Below, piece after piece: positions 1-9,009 of a stretch of DNA of 64,000 bases (the first letter of the stretch is position 1; each line of letters opens with the position of its first letter). The position numbers and the translations under genes were made by a program. Source of the stretch: a virus. The notes under the pieces are model-generated. The model did no database searches, was not told where the DNA came from, and saw only the letters and a list, made by a program, of their open reading frames with translations. The DNA lies in IMG/VR virus record IMGVR_UViG_3300025425_000009, positions 1 to 64,000 of that record. One strand, 5' to 3'.

Positions 1-247
1 AAACGGAGATTATGTGGTTATAACTCTCGGAAGACCTATAACCCTCGAAGATGTGATGGTGATGATGGATAAGGTCTTAAAAGAATACGCTTGGGAATAT
101 CTAATAAGTCCAGAGGGGGTATTTTGGAGGGACTGGGGAGAGGGGAGACACGAAGGTACTTCAAAGAAGTGGAAACTCAACACCCCCCTCGACCGACAGG
201 AAGAAATAACTATCGACTTCTTGCACGAGTTACTGGTAAATAGATAA
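1..247 (+). CDS. hypothetical protein, 5'-truncated; distant paralog of the next two genes
   Basis: LGRPITLEDV resembles the LGKPLTLQDIL motif of downstream ORFs. Confidence 0.6.
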   Translation, partial: NGDYVVITLGRPITLEDVMVMMDKVLKEYAWEYLISPEGVFWRDWGEGRHEGTSKKWKLNTPLDRQEEITIDFLHELLVNR

Positions 248-248
248 T

Positions 249-773
249 ATGAAAAATGCAAAGACGTTTCACGAGTCAATCAAGAAGCTTAGTGCAAACC
301 TAAGAAAAAAGAAGCGTATAGAGAGTGTTGCCTTGCAGAAGATTAAAAAGTTTAAAAAAAAAACTGATATGACACCACTTGAAACACTTATTGAAGAGAT
401 AAACAAAACACTAAATGCCTGCACTGACTGTGGGGGAGTAGGACAAGTAGAAAATAAAAACAACAGGATTGATTCAAATGGATTATCTGTTGCTGTTGAT
501 TGCACCACCTGCAAAGGCGATGGCTACGTGATTCAACTAGAGTTTGGATGTTTTGTAAAACCCCTCACCCTCCAAGACATACTCCTAGTGTTTGATGAAA
601 ATAAAGTCAGATGGGAGTCAACTTGGGAAAAAACTATAGAGATTACCCAGGAAGCAACTATGGGTTGCGGATGTTGTCACGAAGATGAGGTGACGCTCAC
701 CCTCGACCTCACCAAATTACCTCAAGAATGGGATGACAAGACAGTTGAGGCTGTTATTGAATTGATAAAGTAG
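249..773 (+). CDS. DnaJ-type CxxCxGxG zinc-finger protein (core probably starts at ATG 369)
   Basis: CTDCGGVG and CTTCKGDG motifs; paralogous to 777..1343. Confidence 0.65.
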   Translation: MKNAKTFHESIKKLSANLRKKKRIESVALQKIKKFKKKTDMTPLETLIEEINKTLNACTDCGGVGQVENKNNRIDSNGLSVAVDCTTCKGDGYVIQLEFGCFVKPLTLQDILLVFDENKVRWESTWEKTIEITQEATMGCGCCHEDEVTLTLDLTKLPQEWDDKTVEAVIELIK

Positions 774-1350
774 CGTATGAAATCACCACTACAAACCCTC
801 TCCCAAGAGGCAAACAAAAGAATAAATTGCTGTAAAAATTGTGATGGGGCAGGGCTTCAACCTTGGGTGCATCCAACATACAGAACGTCAGCTACGAAAG
901 ATATGTGCAAACCCTGCAAAGGCAAAGGCTACATGATTCCACTAGAGGAAGGGTGTGAGGTAGAATTGTATAAAGAGGTTGGATCAAATAGTCATGATTA
1001 TGATGTTGTAACCAACATTCAATATTCAAATGAGCAAGGCTTAATCTTAAAAAGATGTGGAGAGGTTGTCGAAGATAAAGACTTTATTGTCTGGGGAAAA
1101 CAAGCAGAAATAACAGATGATATAAACAAAAACCTCGGAAAACCCCTCACCCTCCAAGACATACTCCTAGCGTTGGGAGATGACTATGGCGTATATGGAG
1201 GAGGAGATGTATTTCAGTTTGATAGCTACACATCTGAAGGCGACCACTATATCTCTCGCACAGGGGTTATCCTCGACCTCACCAAGACACCCCAAGAATG
1301 GGATGACGAAACGATTGAGGCTATTATTAAATTAATAAAGTAGCGTATGG
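557..1350 (+). repeat. direct repeats shared by the tandem paralogs
   Basis: aaacccctcaccctccaagacatactcctag at ~558 and ~1140; cctcgacctcaccaa...caagaatgggatgac...ataaagtagcgtatg at ~701-779 and ~1271-1349. Confidence 0.9.
777..1343 (+). CDS. DnaJ-type zinc-finger protein, tandem paralog
   Basis: CKNCDGAG and CKPCKGKG; shares KPLTLQDILL and LDLTKxPQEWDD with the upstream gene. Confidence 0.75.
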   Translation: MKSPLQTLSQEANKRINCCKNCDGAGLQPWVHPTYRTSATKDMCKPCKGKGYMIPLEEGCEVELYKEVGSNSHDYDVVTNIQYSNEQGLILKRCGEVVEDKDFIVWGKQAEITDDINKNLGKPLTLQDILLALGDDYGVYGGGDVFQFDSYTSEGDHYISRTGVILDLTKTPQEWDDETIEAIIKLIK

Positions 1351-1628
1351 ATATTAAAGACACCAAAGAGTTGTTTGCAAGAGATGTTACCAAGATAACC
1401 CCTCTTCCCAAGAGTGAAGTAACACGAAGACTAGAAGCTCTCATCATCCAAGACCGTACTAAGCTTATCGAGGAGGTGATTGAGCGGTTTGAGGAGAAGA
1501 TCCTATCTTATTCACAGATTGACGATGAAGGTCACAGGAGTGTAAAAAGGTACAAACAGGGTCTTATAGATTCATTAGAAGAAGAAACAGCCTACTGGCA
1601 AGAAGCATTATCAAAGCTAAAGGAATAG
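1347..1628 (+). CDS. hypothetical protein
   Basis: tightly packed ORF; IERFEEKI motif shared with the next gene. Confidence 0.7.
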   Translation: MDIKDTKELFARDVTKITPLPKSEVTRRLEALIIQDRTKLIEEVIERFEEKILSYSQIDDEGHRSVKRYKQGLIDSLEEETAYWQEALSKLKE

Positions 1629-1631
1629 AAT

Positions 1632-1958
1632 ATGAAACACCTAATAGACATCTACAAAGCAAAAATAAAAAAACTGCAAGGCAAAGTTTGGATAGAACGA
1701 AGAGGACAATCTAGTCGATCAAAGACACACGTTTTTGACAAAGAGGTTGGTTTGCTCAACGAATACACCCTTGCCATCTGTGACAACGAGATCGAGCGGT
1801 TTGAGGAGGAAATAAGTGCCTACGAGAAAAATGAAATAGACTACGAGAACAATAAAAATAGTAAGTTGGTTGGAAAACCTAACTTTGGGTATGTCTACGC
1901 CCTTCATCTACAACTTACCTACTTGAAGGAACAGAGGGAGTTAATCGTTAAGGAATAA
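1632..1958 (+). CDS. hypothetical protein
   Basis: tightly packed ORF; IERFEEEI motif. Confidence 0.7.
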   Translation: MKHLIDIYKAKIKKLQGKVWIERRGQSSRSKTHVFDKEVGLLNEYTLAICDNEIERFEEEISAYEKNEIDYENNKNSKLVGKPNFGYVYALHLQLTYLKEQRELIVKE

Positions 1959-2251
1959 TCTATGAAAACAAACAATCAAAAAGCAGAAAAGATCAGAGAA
2001 CTAACGCTCGTCTATCTCAATGAACATGGTCTTATGGAGATAACAGATGATGATGAAACCACTTGCTACAAGACAGACATCGAGAAGATATTAGATGATC
2101 CTGAGGAATAGATATGAAAAAAACCTGGAAAGACGATGGATACGTACCAACACAGACCCAGCACCTACTAGGTCTTATGGCAGGAATGTTCTTGGTGTTT
2201 GGTCTGGTGCAATTGCTGGATTACTTATCAGACGTGTTAATGAAATAGAAT

Positions 2252-2518
2252 ATGAAACACTTAATAGAAGAACTAACATCCATAATAAAAAAGTACAACA
2301 AATGCAAAGACAACGACTTTGAAGGCATTGCCAAAATTGAAGGAGAAGATGGTATTTTTGAAACATGCCATAAGGTGTTTGCGCAAATCCCGAATGGTGC
2401 AGTTTTCCAGACAAAAGGGTTTGACAGCTGTGGGTACGACTTAAATTCCTGGGTGTTTACGTGGGTAGATGAAAAAAGAAACGTCGACGGTGTTATTCTT
2501 GATGTAGAAAACTGGTAA
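2252..2518 (+). CDS. hypothetical protein
   Basis: start context aatagaatATGAAACAC is identical to that of 1632. Confidence 0.7.
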   Translation: MKHLIEELTSIIKKYNKCKDNDFEGIAKIEGEDGIFETCHKVFAQIPNGAVFQTKGFDSCGYDLNSWVFTWVDEKRNVDGVILDVENW

Positions 2519-2689
2519 TATGAAACTAAAATACAGATTCTTTAACTGGCTTACAGACAAGAAAATAGAAATTACAGAGGCAAATAAATTAAAATTGCCA
2601 GAGATGACAAAGCGAGATAAAGAAATTCAAAGACTAGGAGGCATTCTTATACTTATCGGAGGGTTGATTATTCTACTAAGCACATAAAC

Positions 2690-2965
2690 ATGAAAACAAA
2701 CAAAATAAACACTACATTTATAACCACAGATGAGAATACACCTAAGAGCAGTTTTACACTTGAGAAAGACCCTTCTCAAGAAATAAACCCAAGCGACACC
2801 CTACAAAAAAACCAGATTATATTCCACTCATCTTTTCCAGGAGGACAGGAAGAAACTATAAGAATCTCTCAAGAAGGATTCTTTTATAAGGGAGAAAAGG
2901 TTGAGGATGTACACAACGTATATGAGAGGTTCAATGACTGGCTGAAAGGGGCAGAAAGAAGTTAA
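2690..2965 (+). CDS. hypothetical protein
   Basis: ORF in a co-directional gene array. Confidence 0.65.
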   Translation: MKTNKINTTFITTDENTPKSSFTLEKDPSQEINPSDTLQKNQIIFHSSFPGGQEETIRISQEGFFYKGEKVEDVHNVYERFNDWLKGAERS

Positions 2966-2985
2966 CCATTAAAGATGAAAATAGA

Positions 2986-3033
2986 GTTGTTAACACCTAG
3001 CCTATGTACACATGTGCAGAAGTGGGTTATAGT
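2986..3033 (+). promoter_or_regulatory. conserved phage promoter (box, TGTACA -35, TATAGT -10)
   Basis: GTTGTTAACA 2986, TGTACA 3005, 17-nt spacer, TATAGT 3028. Confidence 0.75.
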
Positions 3034-3081
3034 TAGCATAGGCAAAGACCAACACACATTATCAAGTTATACATATCAACA

Positions 3082-3402
3082 ATGTTATATTTTTACATGA
3101 TCGCAGGGACATTACTATCAGCCATTATTACTCACGTAGGGGTAACTGTGTACGTGTACGGACCGCTAAGGTCAGATAAAAAGTGGCTGTCAGAAGTGAC
3201 GTCGCTGTTTAACAAGAGCAGTGTCAACCCATACAACACGTCAATATTACAAACAGACAATTCATACGCAGTCAAGACTGGCTTTCTGTTCTGGCATGTA
3301 AACGGTGTTGGCACCTTTACAGTATGGAGTAAGACTGCCAAGATGCTCAAGGCCAGGTATACAGAGGAGTTCACTAATGCAAGTCATGCATGCAAGAAAT
3401 AG
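3082..3402 (+). CDS. hypothetical membrane protein
   Basis: hydrophobic N-terminus; directly after promoter. Confidence 0.6.
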   Translation: MLYFYMIAGTLLSAIITHVGVTVYVYGPLRSDKKWLSEVTSLFNKSSVNPYNTSILQTDNSYAVKTGFLFWHVNGVGTFTVWSKTAKMLKARYTEEFTNASHACKK

Positions 3403-3785
3403 ATGATACGACAAAAGGTGAATTAAGAAGCACATTGTCTGTGAACAAACAGAGTCATGCTAAACGGCGCGCAGCAAAAAGGCAAGATGCAAAGATAAGG
3501 TTATCACTATTGCTGGCTAACCATCTGAGTCTTGGTCAGGATGAGAAGGACTTGCTTAACAGGAGAAAACAGGAGCGAGCAAGGTCAAGAAGATTGCCTA
3601 CATCATACCTAATGAAATGCAGGGCAGAAAAGAAAGCTATCAGACAGGCCAAGAAGGCTGCACACCAGCAAATGTTCGAGCAACTCATGATTCTAAAAGG
3701 ATCTACTAAGAAGTATCGGGAAGGCAAGTCGTTGACGCCAAGCGAGATATTGCTTGCGTTCAGTAAGCACTGCCAAGGCAAATAG
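3390..3785 (+). CDS. basic hypothetical protein
   Basis: K/R-rich ORF in array. Confidence 0.55.
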   Translation: MQEIDDTTKGELRSTLSVNKQSHAKRRAAKRQDAKIRLSLLLANHLSLGQDEKDLLNRRKQERARSRRLPTSYLMKCRAEKKAIRQAKKAAHQQMFEQLMILKGSTKKYREGKSLTPSEILLAFSKHCQGK

Positions 3786-3832
3786 CGTAATACAGAGTAT
3801 ATCGTTATCAGTCAACACGCATAATTACGTGA

Positions 3833-4054
3833 ATGAAAAAATCAAGAAAACATAGACTTGTGGAACAAGCCATTGCTATCATGAAGGATGATGGGTTGGT
3901 TATAGACAGGGATTCAGTTCAGCAGTGGGTGATGGGACATGTTGTAAGAGGCACACACCATGCAGGAAAGTTTGGTGGATTATTTCCAGGGGATTTCTCC
4001 TCTTATTTTAGAGAATTTTATGAAGACATTGACAAAGACACTACTGACCAATAA
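3833..4054 (+). CDS. hypothetical protein
   Basis: ORF in array. Confidence 0.55.
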   Translation: MKKSRKHRLVEQAIAIMKDDGLVIDRDSVQQWVMGHVVRGTHHAGKFGGLFPGDFSSYFREFYEDIDKDTTDQ

Positions 4055-4331
4055 CGAGTTTGCTGACGCAGTAGGGCAGACCGTCTTCGGCAGAGGCTCT
4101 GCTGTCAGTGCAAGACATAAGATAAGAAAGCGTATGAGTTACAGGGCAAGAACTCGGTCTAATGCAGCAAGGCTGCAGAACATAGTCATAGCTGAAGACG
4201 CTATAGATGATGTTATCTGGAAGATGTACATTAGGGATAGGCTTGATAACGGTGTCACAACAGGGAGTGTGGCTCAGGAATCAAATCAGGAGTTGGCAGT
4301 GGTTAATGCCCGTCTCTTTAAGATAGTGTAA
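4020..4331 (+). CDS. hypothetical protein
   Basis: ATG at 4020; followed by terminator. Confidence 0.55.
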   Translation: MKTLTKTLLTNNEFADAVGQTVFGRGSAVSARHKIRKRMSYRARTRSNAARLQNIVIAEDAIDDVIWKMYIRDRLDNGVTTGSVAQESNQELAVVNARLFKIV

Positions 4332-4335
4332 GCAC

Positions 4336-4361
4336 AAGGCCCTGTTGTTCAGGCCTTTTTT
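4336..4361 (+). terminator. intrinsic terminator
   Basis: AAGGCC...GGCCTT hairpin plus T-run. Confidence 0.7.
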
Positions 4362-4489
4362 GCTAGGTATTTACTTTCTGTAGAGTTGTACTGTGATGTT
4401 AATATACCTTTACATAGTTGACCACTGTGATATTATATCTATATCAAGGAAGGAAATTAAATCTTGATGTTAACCATAAAATACACACT

Positions 4490-4714
4490 ATGAAATCAAC
4501 TTACAACGACTACTACTCAGACAATGCAGCAGCAGCAGCAGAAAACGTGACAACTACAGTGACCACTGATAATGATGGATCATACCAACGAGGTGCATCA
4601 TACATTGTAATTCTAAATGGTGTAAAGCACACACACCTCTTCAACGGACCCATTCTGCAGAGTCAAATCCGAGACTGTGAAGCACTTGTTGATTCATTCA
4701 GTAACAACAGCTAA
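4490..4714 (+). CDS. hypothetical protein
   Basis: ATG 4490 after AT-rich leader. Confidence 0.55.
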   Translation: MKSTYNDYYSDNAAAAAENVTTTVTTDNDGSYQRGASYIVILNGVKHTHLFNGPILQSQIRDCEALVDSFSNNS

Positions 4715-4850
4715 GATGGCTACATTTGAAGAGATGGCACTAGAGGCAATGTCAGATATAGGACTACCAGAGGACGAAGCAGAAATGTTACTTGAAGATT
4801 ATATAGAGGCATATGACTAGTTATGGTATTATATAGTATGACTACATGTA

Positions 4851-4897
4851 GTTGTTAACAGGCCAAAGGTGTACATAGTTGGTAATCTGTGTACAAT
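4851..4897 (+). promoter_or_regulatory. conserved phage promoter
   Basis: GTTGTTAACAGG 4851, TGTACA 4870, TACAAT 4892. Confidence 0.7.
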
Positions 4898-4904
4898 TAC
4901 ATTA

Positions 4905-5230
4905 GATGAAGAGATTGGCTCAGAGTGTAGATTCTAAGAACTTCAAAAAATGCGACGATTGCGGTTATTGCGGCCGTAACAATCAGAGGCATGACTGAAT
5001 GGAGAACCTACCCTCTAAACCAGACTTTTCACACAGCAGTATGCTCAGATCTGCACTTAACATGCACACTTCGGTATGTCACGTTACTTCCTTTCTTAAC
5101 TCCTTTGTTGGGTGCAGAATTGAGAATAGTGCTTGTCTCTTTCGGAGGCTGACCCACTCGTTAAATTGATATCAATGCCTTGCCTTGGCTGAGTGGTTCA
5201 GGTTTCGAAAGAGGTAAGTAATTATCTCAT
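4905..5230 (+). ncRNA. candidate ~320-nt structured ncRNA or 5' leader
   Basis: no ORF of 60 aa or more; nested stems 5009-5021/5201-5216, 5044-5062/5106-5124, 5149-5160/5190-5201. Confidence 0.55.
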
Positions 5231-5260
5231 AACAATATTATCTAATAAACAAGGCAAATT

Positions 5261-5716
5261 ATGGCAAAGAAAAAGAAAACCAGAACAGCACCGTTCGGTC
5301 TAATCATTGTAGTAGGGCTGGTGATAACAGGTGTAAGTATTTACCGCACTGCAACAACGACTCCTATAGTAAGAGAATCAAAGGAGGAGGTCCGGTCCAC
5401 AGTGGCTATCATTGTAGATGACACAGTTTCCGCATTTCAGGCACCAGACAAACGCAAAATGGATTCTATCCGTGACCGTGAGACGGTCAAGAGACAACAG
5501 GAGATAATTGTAATGGAGACATACCTCCTAGAAGAAAAGGAAGCCACAACGGAAGCCAAGGCTGCAGAACTTGCGGAAATAGAAGATGCAAGGGCTAAGG
5601 CAATAGCAGAGTTTGATGCTGAAGAAGCATCAGTTGTTAAAGCACATGACAACACACTTAGTAACATCGAATCACAATTGGAAAACGTCAGGGCTGACAA
5701 GTTGTCTTTTCTATAG
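5261..5716 (+). CDS. membrane-anchored coiled-coil protein
   Basis: basic N-terminus, TM helix FGLIIVVGLVITGVSIY, EA-rich coil. Confidence 0.8.
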   Translation: MAKKKKTRTAPFGLIIVVGLVITGVSIYRTATTTPIVRESKEEVRSTVAIIVDDTVSAFQAPDKRKMDSIRDRETVKRQQEIIVMETYLLEEKEATTEAKAAELAEIEDARAKAIAEFDAEEASVVKAHDNTLSNIESQLENVRADKLSFL

Positions 5717-5736
5717 CCCCATCAACTCGTAAAGTT

Positions 5737-6090
5737 GTGAACGCAATCAAGCAGAAGGAATCCACTGGTGGAATCAATTGCGGGAACGGGGCTTCTGGAG
5801 AGTATGGGTGTTTCCAATACACCTACTCCACGTGGGAGGGATACTCTAAAGAAGTGTTAGGCTATGTGCCAGTCCAGACGAAGGTTAATGAAGAGTATGT
5901 CATTGCTGTCAAGGTGCAGCAATGGCTAGAAGAAGGGCAGAGTGTACGATCTATAGCACTGAACTGGAACCAAGGTGAGTCGCATGGAGGAAAATGCATT
6001 AGTGGTGTAAACGAGCATGGCGTTGCATACGATTCCTGTGAATACATGGCAGCAGTTGTTGCGTATCACCAACAGAACAATCAATATTAA
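5737..6090 (+). CDS. lytic transglycosylase/lysozyme-like domain, possibly fused to the upstream ORF by -1 frameshift
   Basis: AIKQKES catalytic Glu, ASGEYGCFQY, STW, WNQG motifs. Confidence 0.7.
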   Translation: MNAIKQKESTGGINCGNGASGEYGCFQYTYSTWEGYSKEVLGYVPVQTKVNEEYVIAVKVQQWLEEGQSVRSIALNWNQGESHGGKCISGVNEHGVAYDSCEYMAAVVAYHQQNNQY

Positions 6091-6112
6091 CTTAACTTTA
6101 ACGAAACAAATT

Positions 6113-6310
6113 ATGGAAATCTTAATCATCGTGTACATATTATCAATCGTAGCAACTTGGCAAATCGCTAGGCACAACGGACGAAACTCAGGACTTGCAG
6201 TTGCGTTGTCTGTTGTCTTTGGGTGGATGGCAACCATCGGGTACATTATTGCAGGAAAGTCTTTTGCAAAAAAACTATCTGAGCAACAGCAACTTAACTC
6301 AATCAAATAA
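6113..6310 (+). CDS. small membrane protein
   Basis: two hydrophobic segments flanking ARHNGRN. Confidence 0.7.
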   Translation: MEILIIVYILSIVATWQIARHNGRNSGLAVALSVVFGWMATIGYIIAGKSFAKKLSEQQQLNSIK

Positions 6311-6316
6311 AACATC

Positions 6317-6631
6317 ATGATAGCGCAACAAGTGTTCGAAGTAGGACAGTCTGTAGAGTTCAAAACAATAACTAACCCCGAGACAGGTAGCCCCGAAATA
6401 ATCCAGGGTAAGATTGGTGCACATTTTGACAATGGTACAGTGTCACTTGTGTTAGAGTCAGGTGACATTATCATGGTGCATGAAGATAACTGTGTTGCCA
6501 CAGATGACTGTGGTGTATGCGGAGGGTCTGGTCACCTGATCATTCCTGCTAGGCAGGTTTACTCGAAAGAAAAAGGTGTGCATATACAAGAGGAGGCAGA
6601 TTACAAGTGTAAGAATTGCGACAATGGATAA
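6317..6631 (+). CDS. hypothetical protein with zinc finger
   Basis: CGVCGGSG...CKNC. Confidence 0.65.
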   Translation: MIAQQVFEVGQSVEFKTITNPETGSPEIIQGKIGAHFDNGTVSLVLESGDIIMVHEDNCVATDDCGVCGGSGHLIIPARQVYSKEKGVHIQEEADYKCKNCDNG

Positions 6632-7322
6632 AGAAACAAACATTTTCTTTTTTAAGACGTTGGTAGGTTCACAGGCACATGGGTTGGCTACCCCGGAAAG
6701 CGATAGAGACTACAGAGGTGTGTTTATTCAGCCTACAGGAGAGATACTATCACTAGGATCAAAGCCAAGAACAACATCTTGGTTTGAAGGCGATGAGGAC
6801 AACACATCTTGGGAGCTAGGCCACTTCCTCAACCTTGCAACAAAATGCAACCCTACAGTGCTTGAAGTGTTTTTCGCCCCAGTGGAAAGTGTCAACGCTG
6901 AACTCAACCAAGACTACAAAGAACTTATGGAGTTGTTCCCGCACCTATGGAACTCAAAAGGTGTCAAGGACGCTTTCATGGGTTACGGGTACAGCCAAAG
7001 AAAAAAACTTCTGGAAAACAAAGACAACAGGTCACACAAGTATGCATCAGCATATCTTAGAGTGCTGATTCAGGCTAAAGAACTACTGAGCACAGGACAG
7101 TTTAGGGTGGATTTCAGAGGGCACCCACAATATGAGTATATTAAATCAGTCAAGACACAGAACAGTGACAACGGATTTGACATTTCACTAGGTGCAATCA
7201 TAAACAAGTGTTCAGAGTTGGAGAAGGCAGTTGAAGATGCGTTTACTGCGAACCCTGCTAAAGAAACAGATGTAGCCAAGGCTAACGCATTTCTTTTAAA
7301 GGTACGTAAGAATCACATGTAG
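6624..7322 (+). CDS. DNA pol beta-superfamily nucleotidyltransferase (YcgL/RlaP-like)
   Basis: VGSQAHGLATPESDRDYRGVF (GS..DxD) and KCNPTVLE motifs. Confidence 0.85.
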   Translation: MDKETNIFFFKTLVGSQAHGLATPESDRDYRGVFIQPTGEILSLGSKPRTTSWFEGDEDNTSWELGHFLNLATKCNPTVLEVFFAPVESVNAELNQDYKELMELFPHLWNSKGVKDAFMGYGYSQRKKLLENKDNRSHKYASAYLRVLIQAKELLSTGQFRVDFRGHPQYEYIKSVKTQNSDNGFDISLGAIINKCSELEKAVEDAFTANPAKETDVAKANAFLLKVRKNHM

Positions 7323-7344
7323 ATTACAAACTAATGTTTCTGTG

Positions 7345-7581
7345 ATGCGTAAAAAAGAAATAACTATAGCAATACAAGATTATGTTGATGCAATGACAGC
7401 CAGATATGAGGCAAAAACATGCCTAGCCAACGCTGAAGTAGCAGATAAAAGAACACGACACATTCTTAGTCAGGCCAGACATTCCTTAAGAGGGTTGGAA
7501 CATGAACTCAACGAGTCATCTCTTACACCTGATTTAGTTTCATCGTTTGAAGTGCTTAAGAAGGTTGACTTGGAGGGGTAA
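7345..7581 (+). CDS. hypothetical protein
   Basis: ORF in array. Confidence 0.5.
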   Translation: MRKKEITIAIQDYVDAMTARYEAKTCLANAEVADKRTRHILSQARHSLRGLEHELNESSLTPDLVSSFEVLKKVDLEG

Positions 7582-7688
7582 AGCACATACACGTGTTCTC
7601 AAATGGGCCCCACAGGTACGCTATCAGTGTTGATAAGGAACTAATCATTAGTTGGCAAACTCCTTATACAGAGGTGGGTGCACAGCAC

Positions 7689-7735
7689 TTGTTAACAGGT
7701 TGGTAGTGTACAATTGTTGACAACTATAATACTAT
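7689..7735 (+). promoter_or_regulatory. conserved phage promoter
   Basis: TTGTTAACAGG 7689, TGTACA 7707, 17 nt, TACTAT 7730. Confidence 0.75.
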
Positions 7736-7767
7736 ATCACTATACTAATCATAACGAAAAACGAATC

Positions 7768-8196
7768 ATGCCAAAACAATCAATGTTCATGTTTGTTCCT
7801 GAAAAGCAACTAACGAGACAGTCAAAGGAGGCTATCAAGAAAAAACAATCGGTTACAGTAGATACCAAATCTGGTGTTCTAAGATTCTCTATGGCATATG
7901 TCAGAGAGGCAAACTTAGACAGGGCGTTTATTAAACTGTATGCAGATGTTAGCACAAAAACAATTGGATGGCGTAAGGTACAAGGAGACATAAGCAGGTT
8001 GTCAGACATGAAAGACCTTAGGCAACTCAAGGTATATAAGAACAAGAAGACTGGATGTGACGTACATTGCCAGATCGGTATATCAAGTTTACTCTCAGCA
8101 ATAAACGTCAAGCCTAAGCTGTTTAGCAGAATGGAAATAAAGCAATATAAGCCCGGTGCCCTCGAAGCAGCAATTACCTACGTAACACTTAAATAG
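7768..8196 (+). CDS. hypothetical protein
   Basis: ATG 7768 downstream of promoter. Confidence 0.7.
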   Translation: MPKQSMFMFVPEKQLTRQSKEAIKKKQSVTVDTKSGVLRFSMAYVREANLDRAFIKLYADVSTKTIGWRKVQGDISRLSDMKDLRQLKVYKNKKTGCDVHCQIGISSLLSAINVKPKLFSRMEIKQYKPGALEAAITYVTLK

Positions 8197-8199
8197 AAT

Positions 8200-8781
8200 A
8201 TGACAACAAAACTAACAAAGAAGGAAGCACACGAATTGTCTATAGTAGAATCAATTGACGAAGCAACTTCCACGTTGCCTGATGTTATTGAGACGGAGGA
8301 CGACCTGTTTGCAGCATCAGACCTTATTGTAAAGGTTAGAAGAACATTCGATGAAGTAGAAGCACGTAGAACTGCAAGAACTTCCCCAGCCAAAGAGACA
8401 ATTGATCTCATCAATGAAGACTTTAAGAAGTTCCTAGTCCCTTTGAAAGATGCGGAAGCAAAACTTAAGGCACTGATCCTGAAGTATGCTGATACTCGGA
8501 TAGAGTCAGACCTTATTACGTTAGCGGACGTGCGCAAGACAACAGGCGATGGAGAGTTAACTATCCCAATCGGTCTTAAATCAGTACCGAGTAATGGAGG
8601 TGAAATCAGGTTTAAGAAAGCGTTTTACGGTGAGGTCATAGACACTGTGTTACTCCCAGCAAAATATATGCAAGTGGACCAAAAAGCCATAGACAAACTC
8701 ATCAACGCCACAGACGGAGAGCATGAGATTCCTGGCGTGGTAATTCGTACAAAAGCTGGGTTGGCTATCTACAAAAAATAA
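8200..8781 (+). CDS. coiled-coil protein, Gam/Gp157-like
   Basis: long helical N-terminus; C-terminal LPAKYMQVDQKAI...IPGV motif. Confidence 0.55.
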   Translation: MTTKLTKKEAHELSIVESIDEATSTLPDVIETEDDLFAASDLIVKVRRTFDEVEARRTARTSPAKETIDLINEDFKKFLVPLKDAEAKLKALILKYADTRIESDLITLADVRKTTGDGELTIPIGLKSVPSNGGEIRFKKAFYGEVIDTVLLPAKYMQVDQKAIDKLINATDGEHEIPGVVIRTKAGLAIYKK

Positions 8782-9008
8782 TGGCTGCTTCTGAAACAGT
8801 GATTGGTCTTGTAATAGAGGCGCTGCCTAACACTCAGTTTATAGTGCAACTCAAGGATGCTACAGAGAAAAGATGCTATATAGGAGGTCGTATGAAAAGA
8901 AACAGAATTAGGGTAATGGTAGGAGATCATGTGGAGTATGTGCCAGACCATCAAGGCGAAAGCAACAGGATTATCAAGAGATTGTCAGGTAAGTCAGTAC
9001 TCAGATAA
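8781..9008 (+). CDS. infA: translation initiation factor IF-1 homolog
   Basis: GLVIEALPNTQFIVQL...YIGGRMKRNRIRVMVGDHV...RIIKR matches the IF-1 consensus. Confidence 0.9.
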   Translation: MAASETVIGLVIEALPNTQFIVQLKDATEKRCYIGGRMKRNRIRVMVGDHVEYVPDHQGESNRIIKRLSGKSVLR

Positions 9009-9009
9009 T

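Noticed and set aside
7590-7685. Nested hairpins (CCCAC/GTGGG, ATAAGGA/TCCTTAT) as a ribozyme
   Set aside because: No hammerhead, HDV or twister core consensus; may be only a terminator or stability element
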